Source: Leucoraja erinacea (lineage: Eukaryota). Taken from it: DNA of 64,000 nt. A program made the position numbers and the translations under genes. Each line of letters begins with the position of its first letter. The first letter of the stretch is position 1. Positions 25,073 through 36,946 of this stretch are shown here, in pieces. The notes under the pieces are model-generated. The model worked only from the letters and a program-made list of their open reading frames with translations, had not been told where the DNA came from and made no database searches. The DNA is taken from positions 37,138,001-37,202,000 of the forward strand of contig NC_073382.1 of assembly GCF_028641065.1 (NCBI RefSeq). The letters are read 5' to 3'.

Positions 25073-25266
25073 GTAGGCTAGGCAACTATAATTAGGCAAG
25101 GCAAATTTAATTTGGCAAGGCAACTTTAATTAGGCAAGGCAGCTTTAATTAGGCATGGCAACTTTAATTAGTCAGGGCGACTTAAATTAGGGAAGGCAAC
25201 TTTAATTAGGCAACACAGCTTTAGCATTTCCAAACCAAAGGCAACACAGCTTTATCATTTCCAAAC
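25073..25266. repeat. 19-bp tandem array followed by 31-bp units running into a gap
   Basis: (AGGCAAGGCAACTTTAATT)~7, then AACACAGCTTTAGCATTTCCAAACC. Confidence 0.9.
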
Positions 25267-25450
25267 NNNNNNNNNNNNNNNNNNNNNNNNNNNNNNNNNN
25301 NNNNNNNNNNNNNNNNNNNNNNNNNNNNNNNNNNNNNNNNNNNNNNNNNNNNNNNNNNNNNNNNNNNNNNNNNNNNNNNNNNNNNNNNNNNNNNNNNNNN
25401 NNNNNNNNNNNNNNNNNNNNNNNNNNNNNNNNNNNNNNNNNNNNNNNNNN
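25267..25450. other. Assembly gap
   Basis: N run. Confidence 1.
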
Positions 25451-25541
25451 AATTACTCACCAGACCATCGAGCTGTTTCTGAAAATGACAAAATTGTCAC
25501 TAATTGGATGAACTGGCTATTTTCACGTATTAAATAAATGT

Positions 25542-26189
25542 TCCGGAAGTGGCGGCGCTGTTAACAGCTGCGGCTCGCCTGCAGTCCGTCTGTCTTTTAC
25601 CTGTTGTTTTTTTTTTTTGTTTGTCTTGTTTTGGTTCGAGTTGCTTCTGTTAGAAATGAACAAAATTGTCACTAATTCGGGGGAACATGGCTATCCCCCT
25701 TCTTTTCTGCGTGAGGCCTAATGGCGGAGCTGGCGGCCCCATCAATTATGTTGAAAGAAGCTTACCAACGAGACCGTTTTAATAGACTTTGGTGCGGCGT
25801 ATCTTTTGATGAAAGCTATTTTGGACCTGAGATGCAGGATCTGGGGCAGCGCAGAATTTTCCTGGATTCCTTGCGGGACCAAAGCTGTGCCGCCTGGAAC
25901 GAAGAAGACATCGGCCTGGAATTACGGAGACTTGTGTTTAAAAAGCTGGGGACATGATACTGCTATTCAGATCTGTACAAATCACCACGGAGGTCCCGCT
26001 GGACACGGCATCTCCGGCCTGTTGCCTGTGCAAAAAGGCTAAACTTTGCCTCCATCAATGAATGTGCTTGGTGAAACAATGTTTAGATGTTTTGTTATTA
26101 TTGATTCTGTGTATGACTGCAGGCAACATAGTTTCGTTCAGACCGTAAGGTCTGAATGACAATAAAGGATCTATCTATCTATCTATCTA
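25542..26189 (+). mobile_element. Non-autonomous retroposon with Rex-type tail; interior is mosaic
   Basis: 5' CCGGAAGTGGCGGCG; 3' TTTCGTTCAGAC..GTCTGAATGACAATAAAGG(ATCT)n; TSD AAATGT at 25536-25541 and 26190-26195; 3' end shared with 37771-38145. Confidence 0.7.
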
Positions 26190-26983
26190 AAATGTCCAGT
26201 CAAATTATGTTGAAAGAAGATGACATTTTAATAGTTTTCTGTATCTTTGAAAGCTATTTTGGACCTGAATGTTTCTGCAGAATTTTCCATTCCTTCAGAA
26301 AGCTGTGCCGTAACAAGAAGACAGGATACAATTACACTTGTGTTTAAAAAAGACATTACTGCTATTCAGTCTGTACAAATGTGACACGTGTTGTGTGCAA
26401 AAAGGCTAAATGAATAACGGAACAATTTAGAGCAAAACAATTTAGTTGAGAAGGTTTTACTTGACACAGAGGTCTTTTTCATTACTTGAATAAGAAAGAA
26501 GAATCTTCAACTGATCTATAATATATGTCTACAGAGAAAGTGGAAAATTGCATAAATCATAGTGAAACAGAGATACAGTTTCTGTTTGACGATCTTTAAA
26601 CAGAACTAATAAAGCATAACATAAGACAGCAGATTCTGTTGAAAAGTCATTGATCTGCAGCATTACTGTCTCTCCATATTCTTGTTGCTTGACTGAGTAT
26701 TTCCAACAATTTTGTTCTTTTTAACATATTTCAGGTTTCCAACATTCACAGTATTTTGGTTTTGAATATTGTATGAAATAATTAATTCTTCAAAGAACTC
26801 AAGAGTGAATTTTTTTTAATATGCTGCTTGGTTAGTTGAAATAAGAACGGAAAATATTGGAAACACTCAGCAGATCGGATAGCATCTGTAGAAAGTGAAA
26901 CAGATTTAACGCTTCAGGGTCTTTCTACAGGACCTAAAGCATGAACTTTATTTATTTTCTTACCAGAGATACTGCTTGATCTG

Positions 26984-27185
26984 TAGAGGAAGGAACTGCA
27001 TTTGCTGCTTTAAACCAAAGATAGGCACACAATGCTGGAGTAACTTAGCGGGACAAGCAGCATCTCTGGAGAGTAGGAATGGGTGACGTTTCGGGTCGCG
27101 ACCCTTCTTCTGACTCTTCAGTCACCCATTCATTCTCTCTGGAGAAGCTGCTTGTCCTGCTGAGTTACTCCAGCATTTTGGGTCT
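26984..27185. mobile_element. Penelope-derived palindromic element inserted into an older relative, with a 15-bp TSD
   Basis: Inverted arms around the hammerhead-like core at 27085-27112; flanked by ATACTGCTTGATCTG (26969-26983) and ATGCTGCTTGATCTG (27186-27200). Confidence 0.8.
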
Positions 27186-28378
27186 ATGCTGCTTGATCTG
27201 CCGAGTGCCTCTGACATTTTCTACTTTTAATTCAGATTTCCAGCATCTGCAGTTCATTTCTTTTGTTTGTTCCCTTTTGGGTAGCTATTATGTAGAAATA
27301 GCTTGGCCAAGCTCTTGTTCAGTTAGTTGTGGGTTTAACAGTCCCACATCCCTCAGCATCAAACTTGATACTAAGCCAGCCCATGGAAACACTGAGATCT
27401 TGACAGTGTATGAGGATCATTTACCATTTCTTTTTACAGCAGGTGAAAATTGATCTTTCAAATGAGCATTTGTCTAAATGACTCTTTCCATCCTTTCGGC
27501 CATTAACTTATCTATTGTTAGCTCACATGAAAAATATTCATAAGATCAGGGACTGTTATTAAATTATGGCCAAACAATATTATTGTAAGATAATGAACAA
27601 CTGAACAAATGATATCCAACACCATTTAGTCAACACTTGCTTTAGATATTTAAAATCCTGCCTCGAATTAATATTGATGATGCCATTTTCAAAAACATTC
27701 ATTTAAAAATGTATTGAAATGTTATCTGTTTATGATTAGTATTCAAGTTATACAGGATTTAATTCAAACACCTGAAATGATTCAAAATTTTATAATAATC
27801 AATGCAAAATTGTAATTGTGCAAAAAGTGCGGATTACCTCAATTTTGCTACAGAATTAATCTAACACATTATTTACTATTTATATGAAATCTGAAGGGAC
27901 AAATAATTATGGAAATCAATGCAGAATTCATTTGTATGTAGCCTCCATGCTGAAAGATAGTAAAGATAGGAAAACTGAAGATTAAATATTTACCCTCGAG
28001 ATTGGTGGGGTTCTGCAAATAAATAACCACAGCGGTTAATTCATAATGAGAAATTTATCATATATTACATTTAACTTCTCATAATTCCTGACAACATAGA
28101 AAGAGTGCCTTCAACCCATTGAGTTTAAGTTGTCACAGTGCAATCCCATCAATCTCATTCTTCCATTTATTTCCCTGCAGTATTCACGTCCCATTAAACC
28201 TTGTCCACACCACCCCTCACCACCAACCAACCCCCACCCCCAACCTGCCAGACAATTATGAGATTTTTAGAAAAATGAGAAAAATGAAAGTTATGTTATG
28301 TTAGTTATGACCTTCAACCATAACGTTATCTTCAGTTTCCCTAATGTAATGCAATTAAAGTTCAATATTTATAATTTA

Positions 28379-29651
28379 CTAGACTAAGTGGGACCCGTTG
28401 GGTCCCAGCATCACACGGGAGGGCTGGTCACCAATGCATTATTCCACCTCTCCACCAATTCCCAACAACCAAAATTCATTTTGTGATCACAAACAATTGG
28501 GCTGCAAAAACCCGACAACCAAAATTCATTTTGTGAACACAAACTTGTCAAAAAAGGCGAGGTAAACAATTGGGCTGCAGACACCCAACAACCAAAATTC
28601 ATTTTGTGAACACAAACTTGTTAAAAAAAAGGCGAGGCAAACAATTGGGCTGCAGACACCCGGCAACCAAAATTCATTTTGTGAACACAAACTTGTTAAA
28701 TAAAAGGCGAGGCAAATAATTGGCTGCAGACACCCGACAACCAAAATTAATTTTGTGAACACAAACTTGTCAAAAAAGGCAAGGCAAACAATTGGGCTGC
28801 AGACACCTAACAACCAAAATTCATTTTGTGAAAACAAACTTGTCAAAAAAGGCGAGGCAAACAATTGGGCTGCAGACAGCCGACAACCAAAATTCATTTT
28901 GTGAACACAAACTTGTCAAAAAAGGCGAGGCAAGCAATTGGGCTGCAGTCACCCGACAACCAAAATTCATTTTGTGAACACAAACAATTGGGCTGCAGAC
29001 ACCCGACAACCAAAATTCATTTTGTGAACACAAACTTGTTTAAAAAAAGGCGAGGCAAACGATTGGGCTGCAGGACACCCGACAACCAAAATTTATTTTG
29101 TGAACACAAACTTGTTAAAAAAAAAAGGCGAGGCATACAATTGGGCTGCAGACACCCGACAACCAAAATTCATTTGTGAACTGAAACTTGTTAAAAAAAA
29201 AGGTGAGGCAAACAATTGGGCTGCATACACCCGACAACCAAAATTCATTTTGTGAACATAAACTTGTTAAAAAAGAGCTGCAGCCGCTTTACAGCCGCAT
29301 CGAGGGGACTCACCGTGGAGTAGACGTACATTTAGTGTTATTCACAGCTCAGTCTCTGCCAGACCCTCTCGCATCCTGGGTCTGGCAGAGACTGAGTGAG
29401 GCACGACACATCCTAGTTTTATAGTCCCTCCCTCTGCAGCCAGCGGGGGCTGCAGAGTGAATGGGGACTTTTGTAAAAACATTAATATATCTCTCATTTT
29501 TCATCGACGAAAAAAATCCTCTGCACTCATATGGCGGAGGGGGGCTCTGAGCGAGGTGGCCAAAAATGACGGCCGTAGGTTGCGGCGTTCTCTCGGAAAT
29601 CGCAGCACAGTCGGACAAAAACAGTCAAGATCAGAGATTTAATAATATAGA
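28379..29651 (-). mobile_element. Non-autonomous Helitron
   Basis: Minus strand A|TCTATATTATT...GGGACCCAACGGGTCCC hairpin ACTTAGT CTAG|T gives the canonical TC start, 3' hairpin, CTAG end and A/T target. Confidence 0.88.
28455..29275. repeat. ~73-bp minisatellite (~11 copies) inside the Helitron
   Basis: CAACCAAAATTCATTTTGTGAACACAAACTTGTCAAAAAAGGCGAGGCAAACAATTGGGCTGCAGACACCCGA, period 73-75. Confidence 0.95.
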
Positions 29652-30372
29652 TTACAGATTGCATTACATAAGGCAACTGAATACCAGTTGCACTATTGTC
29701 TTATTTTCATGTTGCTTTGTGACTGTAAAATATCACTTCTGGCCCTCAAAAATAATGCAGACATTCATTTTTGCACAGTTAGGCAAAGTGAACATTTGAA
29801 ACCCATCAAGACCTAATAACAATCGCACAAGGGGTTCTCTAAAAGGTGGCCTGCCGTGAGTACAGTTTGAATATATTGGGTTAAATTCTTGACTATGGTG
29901 AATGCTATTGGCAGGCTAAATATAATTCATCATGGACATATATATGCATGTAGATGTATTGTGAATTACCAATCTGATATGCACCTATTTTTACGTCTCT
30001 GACAAAGTTGAAAGTTTTACTCAGTGTTCAGTGAATTAGAATTTTGCTGACTGAATCAGAACATATTTTATTTTCAAACTGTGAATAAATTATTGCTGAC
30101 CTTTAATCATCAGAAGAGTTAGCACTGGATATTCAAAAATTATCTCCACAAAGTATTTCTTATTTCACAGTACATTTTAAATAAATTAAAATAATATTTA
30201 ATTGTTAGGGAAACAGACTCAGAATTTTTGAATGATTTATATAATCGTTTGCACAACTTAAGAAAGTACATGTTAAAGTATGTATTAAAGTCATTGTACC
30301 TGTAGACTGGGCGATCATTTTGCTGTACACCTACACTCAGTCCACCTTGGCCTACATGATCTCCATGTCTAA

Positions 30373-32501
30373 TGGAAGGCATTTAAAGGCTGCATGGATG
30401 AACTACAAACATTGTTCATACCAGTTTGGCAAAAGAATAAATCAGGGAAGGTAGTACATCCATGGATAACAAGGGAAATCAGGGATAGTATCAAAGCGAA
30501 GGATGATGCGTACAAATTAGCCAGAAAAAGCAGCATACCAGAGGACTGGGAGGAAATTCAAAGACCAGCAGAGGAGGACAAAGGGCTTAATTAGGAAAGG
30601 GAAAATAGATTATGAAAGAAAACTGGCAGGGAACATAAAAACTGACTGCAAATGTTTTTATAGATATGTGAAAAGAAAGAGATTAGTTAAAACAAATGTA
30701 GGTCCCTTGCAGTCAGAAACAGGTGAGTTGATCATGGGGAACAAGGATATGGCAGACCAATTGAATAACTACTTTGGTTCCGTCTTCACTAAGGAAGACA
30801 TAAATAATTTGCCCGAAATAGCAGGGGACCGCGGGTCAAAGGAGTTGGAGGAATTGAGTGAAATCCGGGTTAGCCGGGAAGTGGTGTTGGGTAAATTGAA
30901 TGGATTAAAGGCCGATAAATCCCCAGGGCCAGATAGGCTGCATCCCAGAGTACTTAAGGAAGTAGCTCCAGAAATAGTGGATGCATTAGTAATAATCTTT
31001 CAAAACTCTTTAGATTCTGGAGTAGTTCCTGAAGATTGGCGGGTAGGAAACGTAACCCCACTTTTTAAGAAGGGAGGGAGAGAGAAAATGGGAATTACAG
31101 ACCAGTTAGTCTAACATCGGTAGTGGGGAAACTGCTAGAGTCAGTTATTAAAGATGGGATAGCAGCACATTTGGAAAGTGGTGAAATCATTGGACAAAGT
31201 CAGCATGGATTTACGAAAGGTAAATCATGTCTGACGAATCTTATAGAATTTTTCGAGGATGTAACTAGTAGCGTGGATAGGGGAGAACCAGTGGATGTGG
31301 TGTATCTGGACTTCCAGAAGGCTTTCGACAAGGTCCCACATAAGAGATTAGTATACAAACTTAAAGCACAAGGCATTTGGGGTTCAGTATTGATGTGGAT
31401 AGAGAACTGGCTGGGAAACAGGAAGCAAAGAGTAGGAGTAAACGGGTCCTTTTCACAATGGCAGGCAGTGACTAGTGGGGTACCGCAAGGCTCAGTGCTG
31501 GGACCCCAGCTATTTACAATATATATTAATGATCTGGATGAGGGAATTGAAGGCAATATCTCCAAGTTTGCAGATGATACTAAGCTGGGGGGCAGTGTTA
31601 GCTGTGAGGAGGATGCTAGGAGACTGCAAGCTGACTTGGATAGGCTGGGTGAGTGGGCAAATGTTTGGCAGATGCAGTATAATGTGGATAAATGTGAGGT
31701 TATCCATTTTGGTGGCAAAAATGGGAAAGCAGACTATTATCTAAATGGTGGCCGATTGGGAAAGGGGGAGATGCAGCGAGACCTGGGTGTCATGGTACAC
31801 CAGTCATTGAAGGTAGGCATGCAGGTGCAGCAGGCAGTAAAGAAAGCGAATGGTATGTTAGCTTTCATTGCAAAAGGATTTGAGTATAGGAGCAGGGAGG
31901 TTCTACTGCAGTTGTACAGGGTCTTGGTGAGACCACACCTGGAGTATTGCGTACAGTTTTGGTCTCCAAATCTGAGGAAGGACATTATTGCCATAGAGGG
32001 AGTGCAGAGACGGTTCACCAGACTGATTCCTGGGATGCCAGGACTGTCTTTTGAAGAAAGACTGGATAGACTTGGTTTATACTCTCTAGAATTTAGGAGA
32101 TTGAGAGGGGATCTTATAGAAACTTACAAAATTCTTAAGGGGTTGGACAGGCTAGATGCAGGAAGATTGTTCCCGATGTTAGGGAAGTCCAGGACAAGGG
32201 GTCACAGCTTAAGTATAAGGGGGAAATCCTTTAAAACCGAGATGAGAAGAACTTTTTTCACACAGAGAGTGGTGAATCTCTGGAACTCTCTGCCACAGAG
32301 GGTAGTTGAGGCCAGTTCATTGGCTATATTTAAGAGGGAGTTAGATGTGGCCCTTGTGACTAAGGGGATCAGGGGGTATGGAGAGAAGGCAGGTACGGGA
32401 TACTGAGTTGGATGATCAGCCATGATCATATTGAATGGCGGTGCAGGCTCGAAGGGCCGATTGGCCTACTCCTGCACCTACTTTCTATGTTTCTATGTTT
32501 C
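30373..32501 (+). mobile_element. Young CR1 LINE, 5'-truncated, with nearly intact ORF2 RT region
   Basis: ORFs 30394-30594, 30668-31114 and 31123-32406 are separated by two apparent 1-nt frameshifts; (TTTCTATG)n tail. Confidence 0.97.
31123..32406 (+). pseudogene. CR1 ORF2 reverse transcriptase domain to C-terminus (427 aa open, truncated copy)
   Basis: SQHGF..SCLTNL, YLDFQKAFDKVPH, GVPQGSVLGP, FADDTKLGG, RPHLEYCVQFWSP. Confidence 0.93.
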
Positions 32502-32960
32502 CAGGTTGCCAAACATTTTAACTCCAATTCCCATTCCCATACTAACATTTCTGTCCTGGGCATCCTCCACTGTCAGTGATAGGCCACAATCAAATTGGAG
32601 GAACAGCACTTCATATTTTTGCTTGTACAGCTTACAACCCAAAGGTATGAAAATTGATTTATCTAATTTCAAGTAACCCTTGCATTCCCTCTCTCTCCAT
32701 TCCTCCCCCACCCTAGGCATCCTGCTAGTTTTATTGTTCGTATCCCCTCATTATCACCTCTCCACCGGCAATATGGACCATTGTGGGCTCTTTGGCCATT
32801 GGTGCTGGCTATGATTTGTTCTGTATCTTTTCATACCTCTAGTTTACCTCTCCCCTTATTTTCAGTCTGAAGAAGGGTCTTGACCCAAAACATCACCTAT
32901 TCCTTTTCTCTAGAGATGCTGTCTGACCCGTTGTTTTACTTTAGCATTTTGTATCTTCAT
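32502..32960 (+). mobile_element. Penelope-like element 3' fragment with hammerhead-like motif
   Basis: GIY-YIG C-terminal remnant (KLEEQH.IF.L..LQPKGMKIDLSNFK); pyrimidine linker; CTGAAGAAGGGTCTTGACCCAAAACATC at 32867-32894. Confidence 0.82.
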
Positions 32961-33554
32961 AAAGTAAAAGCAGACTTCATCGCAATACCACAAGTGTCCC
33001 TCAGAATTATAGAAATTTATGACACAAAGGGCCATTTGGCCAATTATTCCATGTCAGTCAAAACAGACTAAATGAATCCCACTTGCCCCATAGCCCTGTA
33101 GATTATAGATCTCTAACTGGTATTTTTTAATATATAATTAAGTTTTGCCTTCACTGTTTTCTGAGGCACCAATTCCCATAATCGAATTAGCTATTGGCAT
33201 ATGGATATTACTTGATCAAAATACATTGCAAAATGCTGTGGTTAAATGAATGAATAGTAGACACCTCACCTCCCTAACCCTCCCATGGACAGATGTCTTT
33301 TTTGTCAACTATATATTTCATCATGTCCACAGTTTGTTGGTGATGAGGTATTTTAAGAATCTCACAATAATATGGCAGTAAATAAGCTAATGGAATGTTT
33401 ATGCCAGCTTGTAAATGGATGAGAGACTGCTTAAATAAGTACATTTAGAATTTAATTTTAAAGTTCATAGTTCAACTTTATGGAGTAAATTTCTAACAGA
33501 GGTTGATCTTAAAGAAGCCTGCTGAGAAAACAGCCAAAGGTATATTTGTTGTTA

Positions 33555-33830
33555 GAAGGGCCGAGATGGCCTGTTTCTGTGCTGTAATTGTTATATGGTT
33601 ATGTAGTGCGTGGGTCTCAAAAGGAAGCACGGTCCAGTGTTTTGAGAGGCACCTTTTATTATGTACCTCCCGGTTGTAGGGAAGACCAAACAAGAGGAAG
33701 ATGGCACCCAAACCTCTGCCTTTGAACCCTCTGGCTAAGGGCCGCCTCCGGACTGAACCACTCCCGTGCCGAGGGGTTCGACAGTATGATGGCACGACCC
33801 TTGGGAGCCGCCACAGTTATATGGTTATAT
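33555..33830 (+). mobile_element. CR1 extreme 3' end with (GTTATATG)n tail, split by a solo LTR
   Basis: GAAGGGCCGAGATGGCCTGTTTCTGTGCTGTAATTGTTATATGGTTA is the reverse complement of the tail at 4423-4470. Confidence 0.8.
33602..33815 (-). mobile_element. Solo LTR (214 bp), probably Gypsy-type
   Basis: TGT...ACA ends; 4-bp TSD GTTA (33598-33601, 33816-33819); AATAAA on the minus strand near 33655. Confidence 0.8.
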
Positions 33831-34187
33831 GAAATGCCCATTAATTTTTTTTAAATGTCTCTCATTGCTGATAGATCTAAGCCTCCCCACAGGCAAAACT
33901 CTCCAACATATTTTGATGTGCTCGAGGGTTTAACATTGGACCTACCTTTTTGCAATTGGAAAACACAGCATGAATGCCTTGAATGTTGGCTTTAGCTGAT
34001 GAGATATTACATCCACACTCACTTCAAAGTTTTTTATAAATTATTTTATTTTTCCCTAATGGTCTATCTTTTGATTTGCATAGTTCTAATTTTAAATGTT
34101 AGCCAGTGCATGTTATAAGCAAGAAAACAGTTTAATTGCCTGTCTAACAACAGTGGCCACACTGGTAATTCAGTGTAGGTGATGTTA

Positions 34188-34310
34188 TAGAACATAGACC
34201 ATAGAAGAGTACAGCAAAGTAACAGTCCACAATGTCTATGCTGAACATGATGCCAAGACCAACTCATATCTGCCTGCACATGATCCAAATCTTTCCATTC
34301 CCTTCATCTT
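34188..34310 (-). mobile_element. Old CR1 3' UTR fragment
   Basis: TAGAACATAGA..TACAGC..GTCCACAATGTC.TGCTGAACATGATGCC..TCTGCCTGCACATGATCC. Confidence 0.6.
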
Positions 34311-34789
34311 TATTGATTGCTGGTCAAAAAATGAATGATCGCAAATCATGTCCACTATTTACTTCAGCTGAGGGTGACTTGTGAAATGGATGACCCACTC
34401 ACTATCACCATTAGTCCTGAAAAGTCAAAGTTACCCTCAGTGATCAATATTCACACTAAAAGGTTCAGCAACAAATGACAAAAAGGATATGAATCCAAGA
34501 TGTCCTTGCGACATTATTTTCTAATGCAGTTACTGATGAATAATTTGTCTCTGTGTTGAATTAATCAAAGAGTGAATTTTAGCTCTTAATCCATCCAAAA
34601 TTATATATGGGGAAAGTCACGTTAAGGGAGAAATATGTAAATACTTGAACATTAAGCAAAACTGCATGCCGTAAATAAATTAAATTCCAGTTAAGTTGGA
34701 AAAGACTTGGTCTCCAGAAATCAATGCTGGAGGGGGAAGCCTGTAATCATAGTATTTAATGGAGACCATTCCTCAGATTGAAATTCAAA

Positions 34790-36180
34790 AAATTGAAACA
34801 TTGAAAACAGGTACAGGAGTAGGCCATTCAGCCCTTCAAGCTATTCACTATGATCATGGCTGATCATCCAAAATCAGTACCCCCTTCCTGCTTTTTCTCC
34901 ATATCCCTTGATTCCTTTAGCTCTAAGAGTTAAATCTAAACTCTCTCTTGAAAATATCCAATGAATTGACCTCCACTGCCTTCTGTGGCAGGAAATTCCA
35001 CAGATTCACAACTCTCAGGGTGAAAAAGTTTTTCCTCATCTCAGTCTAACTGGGCTACTCCTTCCTTATTCTTCAAATGTGACCCCTGGTTCTGGACTCC
35101 CTCAACATTGGGAACATTTCCTTGCATCTAACTTGTCTAATCCTTATAAAGAATTTTATATGTTTCTATAAGATCTCCTCTCATTCTTCTAAATCCCAGT
35201 GAATACATTCTTTCATCATATGTCAGGCCCACCAACCCGGAAATTAACCATGTAAACCTACGCTGCACTCTCTCAATAGCAATAATATCCTTCTTCAAAT
35301 TAGGAGACTAAAACTGCACACAATACTCCTGGTGCAGTCTCACCAGGGCCCTGTACAACTGCAGTAAGACCTCCTTGTTCCTAAAGTAAAATCCTCTCAC
35401 AATGAAGGCCAACATGTCATTAGCTTTCTTCACTGCCTGCTGTAACTGCATGCTTACATTCAGTGATGGATTTACAAGGACACCCAGGTCTCGTTGCACT
35501 TCACTTCTTCCTAATCTGACAGCATTCAGATAATAATCTGCCTTCCTGTTCTTACCATCAAAATGGATAACTTCACATTTATCCACATTAAACTGCATCT
35601 GCCATTCATCTGCCCACTCATCCAACCTATCCAAGTCACCCTGCAGCCTCATATAACCCTCCTCGAAGCTCACACTGCCACCCATCTTTGTGTCATCCGC
35701 AAACTAGGAGATGTTACATTTAATTCCCCCGTCTAAATTATTAATGTATATTGTAAATAACTGGAATCCCTGCAACGAGCCTTGTGGCACCCAGCGAGTC
35801 ACTGCCTGCCGTTCTGAAAATATCCCGTTAATTGCTACTCTTTGCTTCCCGTCTGCCAACCAGTTCTCTCTCCATCCATCCTGCCCCCAATACCATGTGC
35901 TCTAATTTTGCACATTAATCTGTGTGGGACCTTGTCAAAGGCTTTTTGAAAGTCCAGATACACCACATTCACTGGCTCTCCCTTATCCATTCTCTTTGAT
36001 ACATCCTCAAAAGATTCCAGATTAGTCAAGCATGATTTCCCCTTCATAAATCCATGCTGACTTTGACCAATCCTGTTTTACAAATGCACTGCTATTACAT
36101 ATTTTATTATCCCCACAACCGATGTAAGGCTAACTAATCTATAATTCCCCATTTTCTCTCCCCCTCCTTTTTTAAAAGTG
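34790..36180 (-). mobile_element. CR1 LINE ORF2 fragment (older, decayed)
   Basis: ORFs 35835-36047 (YLDFQKAFDKVPH) and 35308-35685 (LQGDLDRL..WQMQFNVDKCEV). Confidence 0.93.
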
Positions 36181-36946
36181 TGATTTCATACTTGTTTCCC
36201 CTTATTGCTGTGTTCTTATTCCTGTAGTTTTCACCATTACGCCCTGATCCTCTCCAATTCCTCATTGATCCTAGCTGCACTCTTCATGTAAACTTTTGCG
36301 CATGTGCAGTCAAAGGGGAATGGCTGGGATATGTTGGATATCCAGATTGTGGCTCATCTGATAATTAGCTCTTCCGCTGTACAATCAACGTGTAGATCAG
36401 AATGCTGTGGGGTCAAATCTTACTTCAGGAATCAAGGCTGCAAAATATTTTAATGTGGGAATGTAAAAACATTTAACAAAAAAACATAAAATGTTGGAAA
36501 CTCTCCGCAAAACAGAGACACTTGTGGAAAGAGAAACTGTGTTAAAGTTTGAACTCGGAGACTGGTCATGGGATTTTAAGTGATGGGAGGAAAGTATCGG
36601 GAAAAGGATGGGTGTTTCCTGTATTTTTGCTATTATTTCAGTTATTCAGCATCCACGGTTTTTGTTTGGATTTCAATTATTGTAAAAATACTTATGGGAC
36701 GAAATTGAACTGAGGTCTTGAATGACCTTTTCAAAGAAGAGGGAATTTTCTGCAATGTACACGCTGACATATATATTATTGAATTAATAATTACAATTAG
36801 TAAAATGTAGATCAAAACACAATAGGGAAATACAAATTGTGAAAAGTGAAAATAAATTAAAAAAAACTTTATTTGATGCCTGTATCACCAAGATTTCTAA
36901 GTTAGTGGAATTTTCTTCTATAGTGTATGGATGACTGAAATGTGGT

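Noticed and set aside
25721-26042. ORFs of 78 aa within the mosaic segment
   Set aside because: The underlying sequence is probably a chimeric consensus, so the translation is not meaningful.
28455-29275. Regular repeat array resembling a CRISPR
   Set aside because: Units are contiguous and near-identical with no unique spacers; the context is eukaryotic and inside a Helitron.
31200-32018. Minus-strand ORFs of 172, 65 and 93 aa
   Set aside because: They are antisense shadows of CR1 ORF2, and the same shadows recur at other CR1 copies.
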